A stretch of DNA of 64,000 nt from the NCBI GenBank assembly GCA_030324005.1, contig JARDVH010000110.1, positions 46,592,949 to 46,656,948 on the forward strand, given 5' to 3'. Positions within the stretch are counted from its first letter, which is position 1. The number at the start of each line of letters is the position of its first letter. This document shows, piece by piece, positions 63,851 through 64,000 of this stretch. The notes under the pieces were generated by a model. That model had not been told where the DNA came from and ran no database searches. It was given only the letters and a program-made list of their open reading frames with translations. The DNA is from Negaprion brevirostris (Eukaryota). The position numbers were made by a program, and so were the translations under genes.

Positions 63851-64000
63851 TTTTGGCCTCAGCAGAAGCTACATTTCAGTGAGAATCAAATGTCCCCTAT
63901 AAATTGCATGCATACAACACAGCAACCCACAAATGATCACACCAGTCCCTAGGTTGTTCTAATTAAAGGTACCATGTATGTTACTGCAACTTTAAAGAGT

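Larger units (their letters stand above)
59875..63900. mobile_element. PIF/Harbinger transposon relic C (may extend past the window)
   Basis: Myb/SANT remnant on + and transposase remnant on -, convergent. Confidence 0.8.

Noticed and set aside
1-64000. CRISPR arrays, rRNA or prokaryote-type systems
   Set aside because: No regularly spaced repeats, rRNA motifs or operon-like ORFs; the DNA is vertebrate and repeat-rich.

Overview
Vertebrate draft-assembly DNA with many N gaps, almost certainly shark/elasmobranch judging by its HE1-type V-SINEs, DeuSINEs and CR1 content. I cannot identify any intact protein-coding gene; nearly all listed ORFs are decayed transposons, gap read-throughs or noise. 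About 1-36.6 kb and 45-64 kb are dense in repeats: CR1, L2 and Rex1/Babar LINEs, tRNA-derived SINEs with two different 3' tails, three decayed PIF/Harbinger transposons (convergent DDE transposase and spliced Myb/SANT genes) with related MITEs, Penelope-type terminal repeats carrying minimal hammerhead ribozyme motifs, and possible solo LTRs. About 36.7-42 kb is repeat-poor and retains CpG. It looks like the multi-promoter 5' end of an unidentified + strand gene, with two strong splice donors, a CRE and a perfect ERE. The most unusual observations are two diverged, oppositely oriented copies of an unrecognised ~0.7-kb TG...CA element with conserved hairpins (2.6-3.3 kb and 30.7-32.4 kb), a TSD-flanked inverted dimer of hammerhead repeats, and several microhomology-templated insertions. 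Repeat boundaries were read by eye and are approximate unless termini or TSDs are quoted.
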